Source: Bacteroidota bacterium
Lineage (GTDB): Bacteria; Bacteroidota; Bacteroidia; AKYH767-A; JAHEYN01
DNA length: 64,000 nucleotides
Direction of reading: 5' to 3'
NCBI GenBank assembly: GCA_947448795.1
Contig: CANFOZ010000003.1
Span: 3,492 to 67,491 of the forward strand
The translations under genes and the position numbers were made by a program. Numbering within the stretch: position 1 is the first letter of the stretch; each line of letters begins with the position of its first letter. Under the pieces are notes generated by a model. That model was not told the origin of the DNA. It did not search any database and saw nothing but the letters and a program-made list of their open reading frames with translations. Of this stretch, positions 10,844-20,827 are shown in pieces.

Positions 10844-13800
10844 GTTTTATCTTTTTACGAGACAAAAATGCATACATCGCGGGAATAACATACAAGGTCA
10901 GCACCAAGGATATCATCAATCCACCAATTACCACAATACCCATTGACATTCTACTTTTTGCACCAGCACCCAAAGCCAACGCGATAGGCAACGCCCCCAA
11001 GGCCGTGGCCAAGCTAGTCATAAGGATAGGGCGAAAACGTGCTGCAGCCGCTTCTCGAATGGCCGTAGCCTTATCCACACCTTGTTCACGAAGCTGGTTC
11101 GCAAACTCCACGATGAGAATTCCATTTTTAGTTACCAAGCCAATTAGCATGATCATGCCGATCTGACTAAAAATATTTAAAGTCTGATTAAAATACCACA
11201 GGGATAAGAGCGCACCAGATAATGCTAAGGGAACAGTAAGCATGATGATTAATGGATCAATGAAACTTTCGAACTGCGCGGCAAGCAAAAGATAGATGAG
11301 CACCAAGGCCAGTAGAAAAGCAAAAAGGATATTGGATGAGCTCTCCGAGAAATCACGCGCTGCACCAGTTAGTGTTGTAGCAAATGAATCGTCTAAGACT
11401 TTCTTTGAAATTCGATTCATCGCATCAATGCCTTCACCGATGGTTCGCCCTGGCGCTAGTCCTGCAGATACGGTAGCCGACATGTAACGATTGTAATGAT
11501 AAAGCTGCGGTGGACTGCTCTGCTCCTTCATCGTAATTAAGTTGTCAAGCTGAATGAGTTGCCCTTTGTTGTTGCGCACATACAAAGCGCTAACGTCTGC
11601 AGGCGCATCGCGGTTGGCACGGTCCATCTGCCCCATCACTGCGTATTGTTTGCCGTTCATGGTGAAATACGAAAAGCGCTGACCGCTGTATGCGAGCTGA
11701 AGCGTTTGCGCAACATCAATTACCGACACCCCAAGGCTTTTTGCTTTCTCGCGATCGATACTGATATCTAAGGCTGGTTTATTGAATTTGAGATTAACAT
11801 CGGAAATGCCACCGAATATAGGATCTTGATTAACCTCTGCCATAAATTTAGGCAGAACTTCTTTCAGTCTTTCAAAATTAGGTGCTTGCAAAACGAACTG
11901 TACCGGTAAGGCACCGCGTGGACCGCCACCAGCCGAAATTGTTTGCTCCTGAATCACGAACGTTTTCGCATCAGGGAACTGTTTTGTGAGCTGTGTCAGC
12001 TGGTCTGCAATATCTTGTTGCGAACGCTTCCTACTCTCTTTATCGCCAATCATCAATCGAACAAAGCCCGTATTCACAGCACCCGAACCCGTGAAGCCAG
12101 GTGCTGTGATGGTTAGCAATACCTTTTTCTCGGGCACCGAATCGGTGATAAGATTGGTAAGCTTGTTCATGAACGCATCGGTGTATTCAAAAGAGGCTCC
12201 TTCTGGCGCTGTAACACTAAGGCGCAACCAACCGCGATCATCTAAGGGCGACAACTCGGAAGGGATTATTTTACCAACAATAAAGATAACACCTACAGCC
12301 ACGATAATCACGCCAACCGCTAATCCTTTGCGATGCATAAAGCCGTTTAAGGATTGGCGATAGCGTTCCACTAGACCTACAAAAAAAGGCTCTGTCTTTT
12401 CGTAAAAGCGACTCTTCTTTGCGTTCTTGCGGATCAATCGCGCATTCAGCATCGGTGTTAGCGTGAGTGAAACAAATGCGGATATTAAAACGGCGCCCGC
12501 TAAGACAACACCGAACTCACGAAAGAGGCGTCCCACAAAACCTTCCAAAAATATCACCGGCATAAAAACAGCAGCCAAGGTTAAGGAGGTGGAAACAACT
12601 GCAAAAAAGATCTCCTCTGACCCTTTGTAGGCAGCTTCTAAAGGCTTCATCCCGCCTTCCACTTTCTTATATATATTTTCTGTTACTACAATTCCATCAT
12701 CGACTACCAAACCCGTTGCCAACACAATGGCTAGCAGCGTCAATACATTGATAGAATAACCCAATAAGAACATAATAAAAAACACACCAATTAAAGAAAC
12801 TGGTATGTCGATGAGTGGCCTAAAGGCGATGAGCCAGTCGCGGAAAAAAAGATAAATAATCAAAATCACTAAAGCGATGGCGATGAATAAGGTCTCTTTT
12901 ACCTCTGCAATGGAATTGCGCACGAAACGGGTATTATCAAGCGCGATATCCAAGGTGTAATCTTTTGGAAGATCTTTTTTTATTTGCTCGAGGCGTTTGT
13001 AAAATTCGTCGGCAATGTCAATATAATTGGCGCCCGGCTGCGGCACAAGGCCAAGGCCAATCATGTGAACACCGCTGTTTTTTAGGTTCGTCTCCTCGTT
13101 CTCTGGACCCAGTTCGGCGCGTCCGATATCACTCAAACGAATCACTTTGTCGCCATCCTGACGGATGATCATTTTATTGAAATCATCAACACCGCTGAAC
13201 TTTCCGATTGTTTTTACCGTCAACTCGGTATTGTCGCCTTCAATCTTTCCTGCAGGCAATTCCACATTCTCGCGATCTAGCGCTTGTTGAACATCCAATG
13301 GGGTGAGCTCGTAGGATGACATCAAGGCCGGATCCATCCAGATGCGCATGGCATATCTTTTCTGGCCCCAAATCTGAATACTACTTACACCGGGAATCGT
13401 TTGCAAACGCTCAGCAAGCACATTCTCGGCAAAATCACTTACCTGTAGTATGTTTTTAGAATCGCTTTGTATGGTCAATGAGATAATCGCATCTGCATTG
13501 GCATCACTCTTTGTTACAGTGGGCAAACCATCGATGTCTCGAGGCAGCTGGCGCAAGGCCTGCGATACTTTGTCGCGAACATCATTGGCGGCGGCTTCGA
13601 GGTTCGCATCCAAATTAAATTCAACCGTTATCGTGCTGTTACCCAGATTGCTTGCCGACGAGATGGAACGAATACCAGCAATACCATTGATGGCTTTCTC
13701 TAAGGGCTCCGTAATCTGCGCTTCTATTACCTCGGCGTTCGCTCCTGTGTATACCGTCTTAACCGTTATCACCGGCGGATCAATAGATGGAAACTCACGA

Positions 13801-13901
13801 ACTCCCAAATAGGTGTATCCAATCACACCAAAAAGAATGATGACAATCGACATAACGATCGCCAAAACAGGCCTACGGATACTGAGGGAGGATAGACTCA
13901 T
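10833..13901 (-). CDS. RND efflux transporter permease (HAE1/AcrB family)
   Basis: 1022 aa, 12-TM AcrB-like architecture with large periplasmic loops. It lies between the MFP and OMF genes. Confidence 0.9.
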   Translation of the reverse strand: MSLSSLSIRRPVLAIVMSIVIILFGVIGYTYLGVREFPSIDPPVITVKTVYTGANAEVIEAQITEPLEKAINGIAGIRSISSASNLGNSTITVEFNLDANLEAAANDVRDKVSQALRQLPRDIDGLPTVTKSDANADAIISLTIQSDSKNILQVSDFAENVLAERLQTIPGVSSIQIWGQKRYAMRIWMDPALMSSYELTPLDVQQALDRENVELPAGKIEGDNTELTVKTIGKFSGVDDFNKMIIRQDGDKVIRLSDIGRAELGPENEETNLKNSGVHMIGLGLVPQPGANYIDIADEFYKRLEQIKKDLPKDYTLDIALDNTRFVRNSIAEVKETLFIAIALVILIIYLFFRDWLIAFRPLIDIPVSLIGVFFIMFLLGYSINVLTLLAIVLATGLVVDDGIVVTENIYKKVEGGMKPLEAAYKGSEEIFFAVVSTSLTLAAVFMPVIFLEGFVGRLFREFGVVLAGAVLISAFVSLTLTPMLNARLIRKNAKKSRFYEKTEPFFVGLVERYRQSLNGFMHRKGLAVGVIIVAVGVIFIVGKIIPSELSPLDDRGWLRLSVTAPEGASFEYTDAFMNKLTNLITDSVPEKKVLLTITAPGFTGSGAVNTGFVRLMIGDKESRKRSQQDIADQLTQLTKQFPDAKTFVIQEQTISAGGGPRGALPVQFVLQAPNFERLKEVLPKFMAEVNQDPIFGGISDVNLKFNKPALDISIDREKAKSLGVSVIDVAQTLQLAYSGQRFSYFTMNGKQYAVMGQMDRANRDAPADVSALYVRNNKGQLIQLDNLITMKEQSSPPQLYHYNRYMSATVSAGLAPGRTIGEGIDAMNRISKKVLDDSFATTLTGAARDFSESSSNILFAFLLALVLIYLLLAAQFESFIDPLIIMLTVPLALSGALLSLWYFNQTLNIFSQIGMIMLIGLVTKNGILIVEFANQLREQGVDKATAIREAAAARFRPILMTSLATALGALPIALALGAGAKSRMSMGIVVIGGLMISLVLTLYVIPAMYAFLSRKKIKHEA

Positions 13902-13904
13902 GCT

Positions 13905-14960
13905 TTAGTTCGCAACAATCTTAAGCAGCGCATCAGGCTTCACCTGCATTAGACCACGCACAACAACAGAATCACCAGGATTCAGTCCTTCGGTAATCTG
14001 CACCCGTGTTTCTGTCCGAATACCGGTCTTTACTTTTTGCGGACTCGCTACGCCATTTTTGCATAAAAAAACCTTCTGTCCTTTCAAGTCAGGAATAAGG
14101 GCTTCGGTAGGAATCATTAAGCCTAGACTGTCTTTATCAAGCTTCAATCCGATGCGGGCGAAGGCACCTGGAAGGATCTTGCCAGCAGGATTTGCACATC
14201 GGGCGCGGATTTTCAAAGTGCGCATCGTTGGATCAACCTTTGGCTCGATAGCCGAGATACGAGCAGCAAGTATAAGACTCGATCCAGCGGTGTTGAACTC
14301 AACATCATCACCGACATGAATCTTCGCTGCGTATTTTTCAGGAACATTAAAATCAATCTTCACAGGATCTATTTGCTGAATGCTTGCCACAACAGTACTT
14401 GTGTTGATATAGCTTCCCTCACTCACATTGCGCAAGCCAACGACTCCGTTAAATGGTGCGCGAATCTCCGTCTTTAATATAGTCGCTTGAATTTGTTCGA
14501 TATCCGCTTGCAAGCCAGTGTATGCATTTTGAGACGCATCGAAGTCCTCCTGACTTACGCCACCTAGCTCTAGCAAATGTTTCTGACGATCCGATCTATC
14601 CTTTGCCAACTTGCACTGCTGCTGCATCTTTTTCAAACTCGCCTGCAAGTCTTGGTCATTGATCTTCACCAACAATTGTCCTTTGCTAACCGTAGCGCCT
14701 TCCTGAAAATCAATCTTCACGATGCGTCCTGATGTTTCGGTGATCAAGGCAGCTTCTTCAGAAGCAAGTACAGTGCCACTCAAGGCAATCTTCTGGTCCA
14801 GCTTTGCAGGCGTAACCACAAACACAGAGACGATGGCTGCCGGGGGTTTCATCGGCCCAACAGGTGCGCTTGGTTTATTGCTCGTAAAGAAGGAAAGCTT
14901 AATCACAGCAAGTGCTGCAACAAGAACAAAGACAATAAGAAACGGTCGGATTCTTTTCAT
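13905..14960 (-). CDS. RND efflux periplasmic adaptor subunit (MFP)
   Basis: 351 aa, N-terminal TM/signal segment, HlyD/AcrA-like lipoyl and beta-barrel regions. It ends 3 bp upstream of the RND pump gene. Confidence 0.85.
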   Translation of the reverse strand: MKRIRPFLIVFVLVAALAVIKLSFFTSNKPSAPVGPMKPPAAIVSVFVVTPAKLDQKIALSGTVLASEEAALITETSGRIVKIDFQEGATVSKGQLLVKINDQDLQASLKKMQQQCKLAKDRSDRQKHLLELGGVSQEDFDASQNAYTGLQADIEQIQATILKTEIRAPFNGVVGLRNVSEGSYINTSTVVASIQQIDPVKIDFNVPEKYAAKIHVGDDVEFNTAGSSLILAARISAIEPKVDPTMRTLKIRARCANPAGKILPGAFARIGLKLDKDSLGLMIPTEALIPDLKGQKVFLCKNGVASPQKVKTGIRTETRVQITEGLNPGDSVVVRGLMQVKPDALLKIVAN

Positions 14961-14991
14961 AAGCCAGTTAAAAATCTAAATAGCAAGCGAA

Positions 14992-16668
14992 TTAAACCGC
15001 CAATTTTTTATACCGTACACGATGCGGTGTATTGTCACCCAGGCGTTTCTTTTTGTTCTCTTCATATTCTGAATAACCGCCCTCAAACCAATACACTTGT
15101 GAGTCGCCTTCAAAAGCCAATATGTGTGTACATACCCGATCTAAAAACCAACGATCGTGGGAGATGATAACAGCACAACCTGCGTAGTTTTCTAATCCTT
15201 CCTCTAAGGCGCGAAGCGTGTTTACATCCAAGTCATTCGTTGGCTCATCAAGCATCAGCACATTGGCTTCCGACTTTAGCGTAAGCGCCAAGTGCAAACG
15301 GTTTCTTTCTCCACCCGATAACACCCCACATTTCTTGCCTTGGTCTGAACCACTGAAGTTGAAACGGGAGATATAAGCACGTGAATTAATAGGCTTTCCG
15401 CCCACCAACACATTATCAAGTCCACCGCTGATAACATCATACACCGACTTGTTCGGGTCAATATCCGTATGCGCCTGATCAACATAGCCGATCTTAACTG
15501 TTGAACCGGATTTGAAGTCGCCTTTATCCGGCGTCTCTTGATTCATGATCATACGAAAGATGGTTGTTTTACCAGCTCCGTTTGGTCCAATGATACCCAC
15601 GATGCCAGCAGGTGGCAACTTGAAGTTCAAATCGTCATAAAGCAGCTTCTCACCAAAGGCCTTAGCCACATGTTCTGCTTCTATCACATCATTACCCAAA
15701 CGAGGTCCGTTCGGGATAAATATTTCGAGCTTCTCTTCTTGTGCCTTCACATCTTGGCCAAGCATCTTCTCATAGTTTTGCAAACGCGCCTTCTGCTTCA
15801 CCTGGCGGCCTTTAGCACCTTGACGCACCCACTCCAACTCACGCTGTAAAATCTTTTGTCGCTTGCTTTCGGTCTTCTCCTCCTGCGCCAAACGCTGTTG
15901 CTTCTGATCCAACCAAGACGAGTAGTTTCCCTTCCATGGAATGCCTTCGCCACGATCCAACTCAAGAATCCACCCAGCAACATTGTCAAGGAAGTAACGA
16001 TCGTGCGTTACAGCGATGACCGTGCCTTTGTAGTTTTTCAAATGCTGCTCCAACCAATCCACCGACTCGGCATCCAAGTGATTCGTAGGCTCATCGAGCA
16101 ATAAAATTTCCGGCTCCTGTATCAATAGTCTACACAAGGCCACACGGCGACGCTCACCACCAGAAAGGTTTTTTACAGGCGTGTCGCTCTCAGGGCAACG
16201 CAGCGCATCCATCGCCATTTCGAGGCGGTTGTCGAGGTTCCAAAGATCGTTTTGCTCGATGAGATCACTCAGACGAGCCTGACGATCAATGAGCTTATTC
16301 ATCTGCTCCTCGGTCATTTCCTCTGCAAACTTATTATTCACTTCCTCATATTCATTGAGGATATTGACAAACTCCTGCGCTCCTTCACGCACAACCTCGA
16401 TAACGGTCTTGTCATTATCAAGCTGCGGCTCCTGCTCCAGCATGCCAATCTTGTAGCCTGGCGAAAAATGCAGGTCGCCCTGAAAATTTTTATCCATGCC
16501 CGCAATAATCTTGAGCAAGGTCGATTTACCCGAACCGTTCAAACCAAGGATACCAATCTTGGCTCCGTAATAAAACGATAAATAGATATCCTTAAGAATG
16601 GTTTTTCCTGTCGTCACCGTCTTGCTGACATTGACTAACGAAAATATTATTTGTCTTCCCTCTGACAT
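14992..16668 (-). CDS. ettA: ABC-F ATPase, energy-dependent translational throttle protein EttA
   Basis: 558 aa, two ABC ATPase cassettes (GLNGSGKST; GPNGAGKTT; LSGGE signatures), no TM domain, EttA-like length and N-terminus. Confidence 0.85.
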   Translation of the reverse strand: MSEGRQIIFSLVNVSKTVTTGKTILKDIYLSFYYGAKIGILGLNGSGKSTLLKIIAGMDKNFQGDLHFSPGYKIGMLEQEPQLDNDKTVIEVVREGAQEFVNILNEYEEVNNKFAEEMTEEQMNKLIDRQARLSDLIEQNDLWNLDNRLEMAMDALRCPESDTPVKNLSGGERRRVALCRLLIQEPEILLLDEPTNHLDAESVDWLEQHLKNYKGTVIAVTHDRYFLDNVAGWILELDRGEGIPWKGNYSSWLDQKQQRLAQEEKTESKRQKILQRELEWVRQGAKGRQVKQKARLQNYEKMLGQDVKAQEEKLEIFIPNGPRLGNDVIEAEHVAKAFGEKLLYDDLNFKLPPAGIVGIIGPNGAGKTTIFRMIMNQETPDKGDFKSGSTVKIGYVDQAHTDIDPNKSVYDVISGGLDNVLVGGKPINSRAYISRFNFSGSDQGKKCGVLSGGERNRLHLALTLKSEANVLMLDEPTNDLDVNTLRALEEGLENYAGCAVIISHDRWFLDRVCTHILAFEGDSQVYWFEGGYSEYEENKKKRLGDNTPHRVRYKKLAV

Positions 16669-16816
16669 GTGTTATTTGTTTGATGGTTAAAAAATCTACT
16701 CTTCTTTCAAAAAGCGCACAAAGATACCGTTTCTATCTGAATTTAGCATGAGCTCAGGTCCGATTTATTTAAGAAATGCGCTATTATCACTATCTTTGTT
16801 TTGTAAGAATGATCCC

Positions 16817-19681
16817 ATGAAGAAACTTTTTTTTCTCTTGCTGGCACTGTTCATCGGAACCGCTAGTTTCGCACAATCTCGCAAGTTTAATAGCGGCTTG
16901 GCACTTACCCTAGGAACTGAGCGCGATTCAACCAAAATACTACATCTACTAGTTCAAGGCGATATCCCGTCAATTAAAGAATTGGTGGCCGAACAGGGCG
17001 GGCAAACAAAAGCGGTGGCTGGCTCTATCGCAAGCATTCAGATTCCTTTAGCGGCTTTAAAAAAACTAGTTAACAATCCTGCACTAGAACGCTTAGAATA
17101 CAACATGCAAAGGGATATGCCATTAATGGACTCGGTGTTTCACCAGAACTGCAACATCGACTCTGTTTATGAGGGACTTGGGCAGCTCACACAGGGTTAT
17201 GATGGGAGTAATGTCTTGGTAGGTATTTTAGAAACAGGCATCGACTTCACCCATTCCGACTTCAAATACAGCAACGGCAGCTCGCGCATCGTTTGGATGT
17301 GGGACATGACCCAAACGGGCGCTAACACCCCGCAGCCCTATGGCTATGGCGTTCAATACTCGCGTGCTGATATCGATGCTGGATTGGCCTTCTTCCATCC
17401 CAGCGACGGCACAAATTCGCATGGTAACATTGTCTCATCCATTCTTGTTGGTGATGGCGACACCTGCCAGATTCATCGATCTGTTGCCCCGGGTGCCGAG
17501 ATTCTTTTTGTCACCTATTACAATAGTAGCGCTGTGCCTGCTACCTATGTGGAAGATGCCGTCTCCTATATCTTCGCTAAAGCCGACTCCTTAGGCAAGC
17601 CCTGTGTAGTTAACTTAAGTCTTGGTGGCCGAAACGGCTCGCACGACGGACTTGATTTGCGCACCCAATTCCTTGAAAATCTCTTGGAAGGATCAACCGG
17701 CAAAGCCATTGTAGCAGCTGCCGGTAACGACGGCTCTATGCCCTATCATCTGCAACATACAGCGGTGGGAGATACTGCTTTTATTTGGTTGAAGAAACCG
17801 AGCGCAAGCACGCCATACATTGAACTATACGGCGACTCAGCAGAGATGGTCAACCTGAAATTTGCTATTGGCGCCGACAACCAGCCCGCTTACCTATTCA
17901 GAGGACGAACAAGCTTCGCATCCGTTGGCTCCATGCCGCTCGGCCTTGTTGATACGCTGTATATATTGAATACTCAAAACGACACACTGGCGCACATTTT
18001 AAGAGTCGCCACTGTTAATCAAGGTGTTTATGGCTTGGAGTATTTAGTAGGCTATTCAGCTACTGATTCTTTGAGCTATTATTTCCGTGTTATGGTTACC
18101 GGCAGCGGTCACTTTAATGCATGGAGTGTTTCAGGTGGAGGTACCCAATATTTTGTTCCTAGCACCGCCCTTCCCTCTGTAACAAGTTATCCGCCGATGA
18201 GTCAGTATATGTTTCAAGACTCCTCCAACAGTGTGATGAGCGGTTTCCAAAATTCGCCGCGCATTTTAACTGTTGGAAATTACTACAATACGCAGTGCTA
18301 TCAAGGCTTTGATGGAGCGCAACACTGCGAAAGCACCTACTCGGCTGGGGCAATCTACTTTAATTCGAGCAGAGGACCAACGCGCGACGGTCGTATCAAG
18401 CCAGACATTAGCGCGCCTGGAACCAAGTTGGTGGCAGGCACTTTTACCTCGGCCATCGCCGGACTTAATCCTGCAAATGCAGCAAGCTGTGGCATTCATC
18501 GTTACTTGCAAAACAATCAAGGATATACTTCTTTCTCAGCTCCAGTAGTAACGGGTATTGTTGCCTGCTTTCTGCAAAAAGAACCGCTAGCCAATTGGCA
18601 GGAGATTCGCGAACGCATCACCTCGTGCACCACAACCGATGTATTCACCGGTGCTGTGCCTAACAACCGCTATGGATATGGCAAAGTAAATGCCTACAAA
18701 GCCTTTACCTGTTGTGTTTCAAACAGCCTAATCACCCTTGTGGCAAACGGCGGTGGCTCCTTCTGCGATAGCGCTCAAATCGGTGTTTCCGTTCAACCGG
18801 GCACAGCGGAGGCGGGTACGGTTTATTTCCAAGGAACAAACCCATCTGGAACCAGCCAATCAAGCGCAGGAACTATGCAAACGGTCTTTAGCTCCGGCAC
18901 CTACTATTTCAGAGCCCTCAACACCTGTGGCTGGGGACCTGCATCGGCGGTCACCGTTACCCTAAACCACCCACCAGCTGCAATCAGCGCAATCAATGGC
19001 CCATTGGCTTTGTGTTCAGGAACCAACGCCACCTATTCTGTAACAGCTGTAGCTGGCGCCACCAGCTACACATGGTCCTTGCCAAACGGCTGGTCAGGAA
19101 GCTCCGTAAGCAACAGCATTGCAACCACTTCTGCAGCAACTGGGGGAACCATAAGCTTGACCGCATCTAACACCTGCGGCTCAACAAGCCAAAGCACAAG
19201 TGTAGCTGTCACCACAATCGACACCACCGTATCGCAAAACGGCAACACATTCACTTCGAATGCCAACCTAGCCCTTTACCAATGGATGTATTGCCTGGGC
19301 GGTACCATTCCAGGAGCCACTGACCAATCGTTTACACCAACAACAACTGGTAGTTATCAAGTGCTTGTTGAACAAAGTGGTTGCATAAAAAAATCAGGCT
19401 GCCACATCCTGCTTTTAAACGGTATTGAAGCAACTGATAACGATGCAGGATGGCAAATTCTACCGAATCCAAACAAGGGTATTTTTACACTAGAAAGCAA
19501 TCAAGCTTTAAGCAACGCAAGCTTGAAAATTTACGATATCTATGGCCAGTTGATAGTTGTTCAAAGAATAGACGATGCAAATCGACTGATTCACTTGCCT
19601 GATTTGGCCGACGGCCTTTACCTTGTGCAATTGTTTAGCAACGGAAAAACCAGTCAACGCAAAATGCACATAACGCAGTAG
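16817..19681 (+). CDS. S8 (subtilisin-like) peptidase with T9SS C-terminal sorting domain; probable start at the internal ATG (MKKLFFLLLALFIGTASFAQ)
   Basis: Catalytic triad motifs GILETGIDF (Asp), NSHGNIV (His) and GYTSFSAPVVTG (Ser). C-terminal ~80 aa (LKIYDIYGQLIV...GLYLVQLF...) resembles a type A Por/T9SS sorting domain. Signal peptide at the second Met. Confidence 0.8.
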   Translation: MKKLFFLLLALFIGTASFAQSRKFNSGLALTLGTERDSTKILHLLVQGDIPSIKELVAEQGGQTKAVAGSIASIQIPLAALKKLVNNPALERLEYNMQRDMPLMDSVFHQNCNIDSVYEGLGQLTQGYDGSNVLVGILETGIDFTHSDFKYSNGSSRIVWMWDMTQTGANTPQPYGYGVQYSRADIDAGLAFFHPSDGTNSHGNIVSSILVGDGDTCQIHRSVAPGAEILFVTYYNSSAVPATYVEDAVSYIFAKADSLGKPCVVNLSLGGRNGSHDGLDLRTQFLENLLEGSTGKAIVAAAGNDGSMPYHLQHTAVGDTAFIWLKKPSASTPYIELYGDSAEMVNLKFAIGADNQPAYLFRGRTSFASVGSMPLGLVDTLYILNTQNDTLAHILRVATVNQGVYGLEYLVGYSATDSLSYYFRVMVTGSGHFNAWSVSGGGTQYFVPSTALPSVTSYPPMSQYMFQDSSNSVMSGFQNSPRILTVGNYYNTQCYQGFDGAQHCESTYSAGAIYFNSSRGPTRDGRIKPDISAPGTKLVAGTFTSAIAGLNPANAASCGIHRYLQNNQGYTSFSAPVVTGIVACFLQKEPLANWQEIRERITSCTTTDVFTGAVPNNRYGYGKVNAYKAFTCCVSNSLITLVANGGGSFCDSAQIGVSVQPGTAEAGTVYFQGTNPSGTSQSSAGTMQTVFSSGTYYFRALNTCGWGPASAVTVTLNHPPAAISAINGPLALCSGTNATYSVTAVAGATSYTWSLPNGWSGSSVSNSIATTSAATGGTISLTASNTCGSTSQSTSVAVTTIDTTVSQNGNTFTSNANLALYQWMYCLGGTIPGATDQSFTPTTTGSYQVLVEQSGCIKKSGCHILLLNGIEATDNDAGWQILPNPNKGIFTLESNQALSNASLKIYDIYGQLIVVQRIDDANRLIHLPDLADGLYLVQLFSNGKTSQRKMHITQ

Positions 19682-19786
19682 GTTTTTTGTTATTTTTTAA
19701 TATTCCGCATAATTTATCAAGCGTTTCGTTTGATAAAAAAGGCATTTTTAGGGTGTTTTATTTAAAAAAAGGCGTTCGTCGATTTT

Positions 19787-19821
19787 TCTTGTGAAAAAAG
19801 GAAAAAAAATGCCTACCTTTG
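19787..19821 (+). promoter_or_regulatory. Bacteroidetes-type promoter for rpoD: TTG (-33-like) followed by TACCTTTG (-7 box, TAnnTTTG)
   Basis: The octamer TACCTTTG at 19814-19821 matches the Bacteroidetes -7 consensus TAnnTTTG. A TTG lies ~20 bp upstream, and the site is ~60 nt upstream of the rpoD ATG. Confidence 0.5.
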
Positions 19822-19882
19822 CGTTCCTTTTTCTAACCGGTCAACCCGCTTTGCGGGCTGCTTATTCTTAAAAAAAACAAAC

Positions 19883-20746
19883 ATGCGTCAGCTAAAGATC
19901 ACGAAATCGATCACCAACCGGGAGAGCCAGTCCTTAGAGAAGTATTTGCAGGAGATCGGCCGTGAGGAATTGATCAGTGCAGAGGAAGAAGTAATACTTG
20001 CCCGCAAGATCCGCGACGGAGACCAGCGTGCACTTGATCGTTTAACAAAAGCCAACCTGCGTTTCGTAGTATCTGTGGCCAAACAATACCAAAACCAAGG
20101 CCTCAGCCTTCCCGATTTGATCAACGAAGGAAACCTTGGTCTAATCAAAGCTGCTAAACGCTTCGACGAGACACGCGGTTTCAAATTCATTTCCTATGCT
20201 GTATGGTGGATTCGTCAATCGATTCTGCAAGCATTGGCTGAACAATCCCGTATCGTGCGCCTTCCTTTGAACCAAGTTGGCTCACTCAATAAAATCAGCA
20301 AGGCCTATTCAAAACTAGAACAGGAGTTTGAACGCGAGCCTTCGGTAGAAGAGCTAGCAACACTGCTTGAGCTTCCTATAGAAAAGGTTGCCGACACACA
20401 GCGTGTATCGGGCAAACACGTTTCGATGGATGCGCCTTTCGTGCAAGGTGAAGACAACAGCTTGATCGACGTGCTTGAAAACACCGATTCACCGCGCGCC
20501 GATAACCTGCTTATCGCCGAGTCGCTTGCCAAGGAAATCGACCGCTCCCTAAACACCCTGACTGAACGCGAACGCGAAGTCATCAAATTATTCTTCGGAA
20601 TAGGCATGAACCACGGACTGACTCTTGAAGAGATCGGCGCAAAGTTCGACCTTACCCGAGAACGCGTAAGACAGATAAAGGAAAAGGCCATCCGCCGCCT
20701 CCGCCACAAATCGAGAAGTCGACTGCTCAAAGCATATCTGGGCTAA
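19883..20746 (+). CDS. rpoD: primary RNA polymerase sigma factor (Bacteroidetes short SigA/RpoD)
   Basis: 287 aa. Region 2 ([18 protein letters not shown]), region 3 and region 4 ([28 protein letters not shown]) are all present. The length is typical of the Bacteroidetes sigma-A. Confidence 0.85.
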   Translation: MRQLKITKSITNRESQSLEKYLQEIGREELISAEEEVILARKIRDGDQRALDRLTKANLRFVVSVAKQYQNQGLSLPDLINEGNLGLIKAAKRFDETRGFKFISYAVWWIRQSILQALAEQSRIVRLPLNQVGSLNKISKAYSKLEQEFEREPSVEELATLLELPIEKVADTQRVSGKHVSMDAPFVQGEDNSLIDVLENTDSPRADNLLIAESLAKEIDRSLNTLTEREREVIKLFFGIGMNHGLTLEEIGAKFDLTRERVRQIKEKAIRRLRHKSRSRLLKAYLG

Positions 20747-20756
20747 ATCCCAAAAA

Positions 20757-20790
20757 AGAAATTCCGCGCCTGCGCGGAATTTCTTTTTTA
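20757..20790 (+). terminator. rho-independent terminator after rpoD
   Basis: Perfect hairpin AAGAAATTCCGCGC-CTG-CGCGGAATTTCTT followed by a T-run. Confidence 0.8.
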
Positions 20791-20827
20791 ACATCGTTAA
20801 TTAATTAATCAATCCTATATTTAAACA

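Noticed and set aside
10048-13812. Multiple antisense ORFs inside the RND pump and OMF genes
   Set aside because: They are embedded antisense to strongly supported transporter genes, with low-complexity translations.
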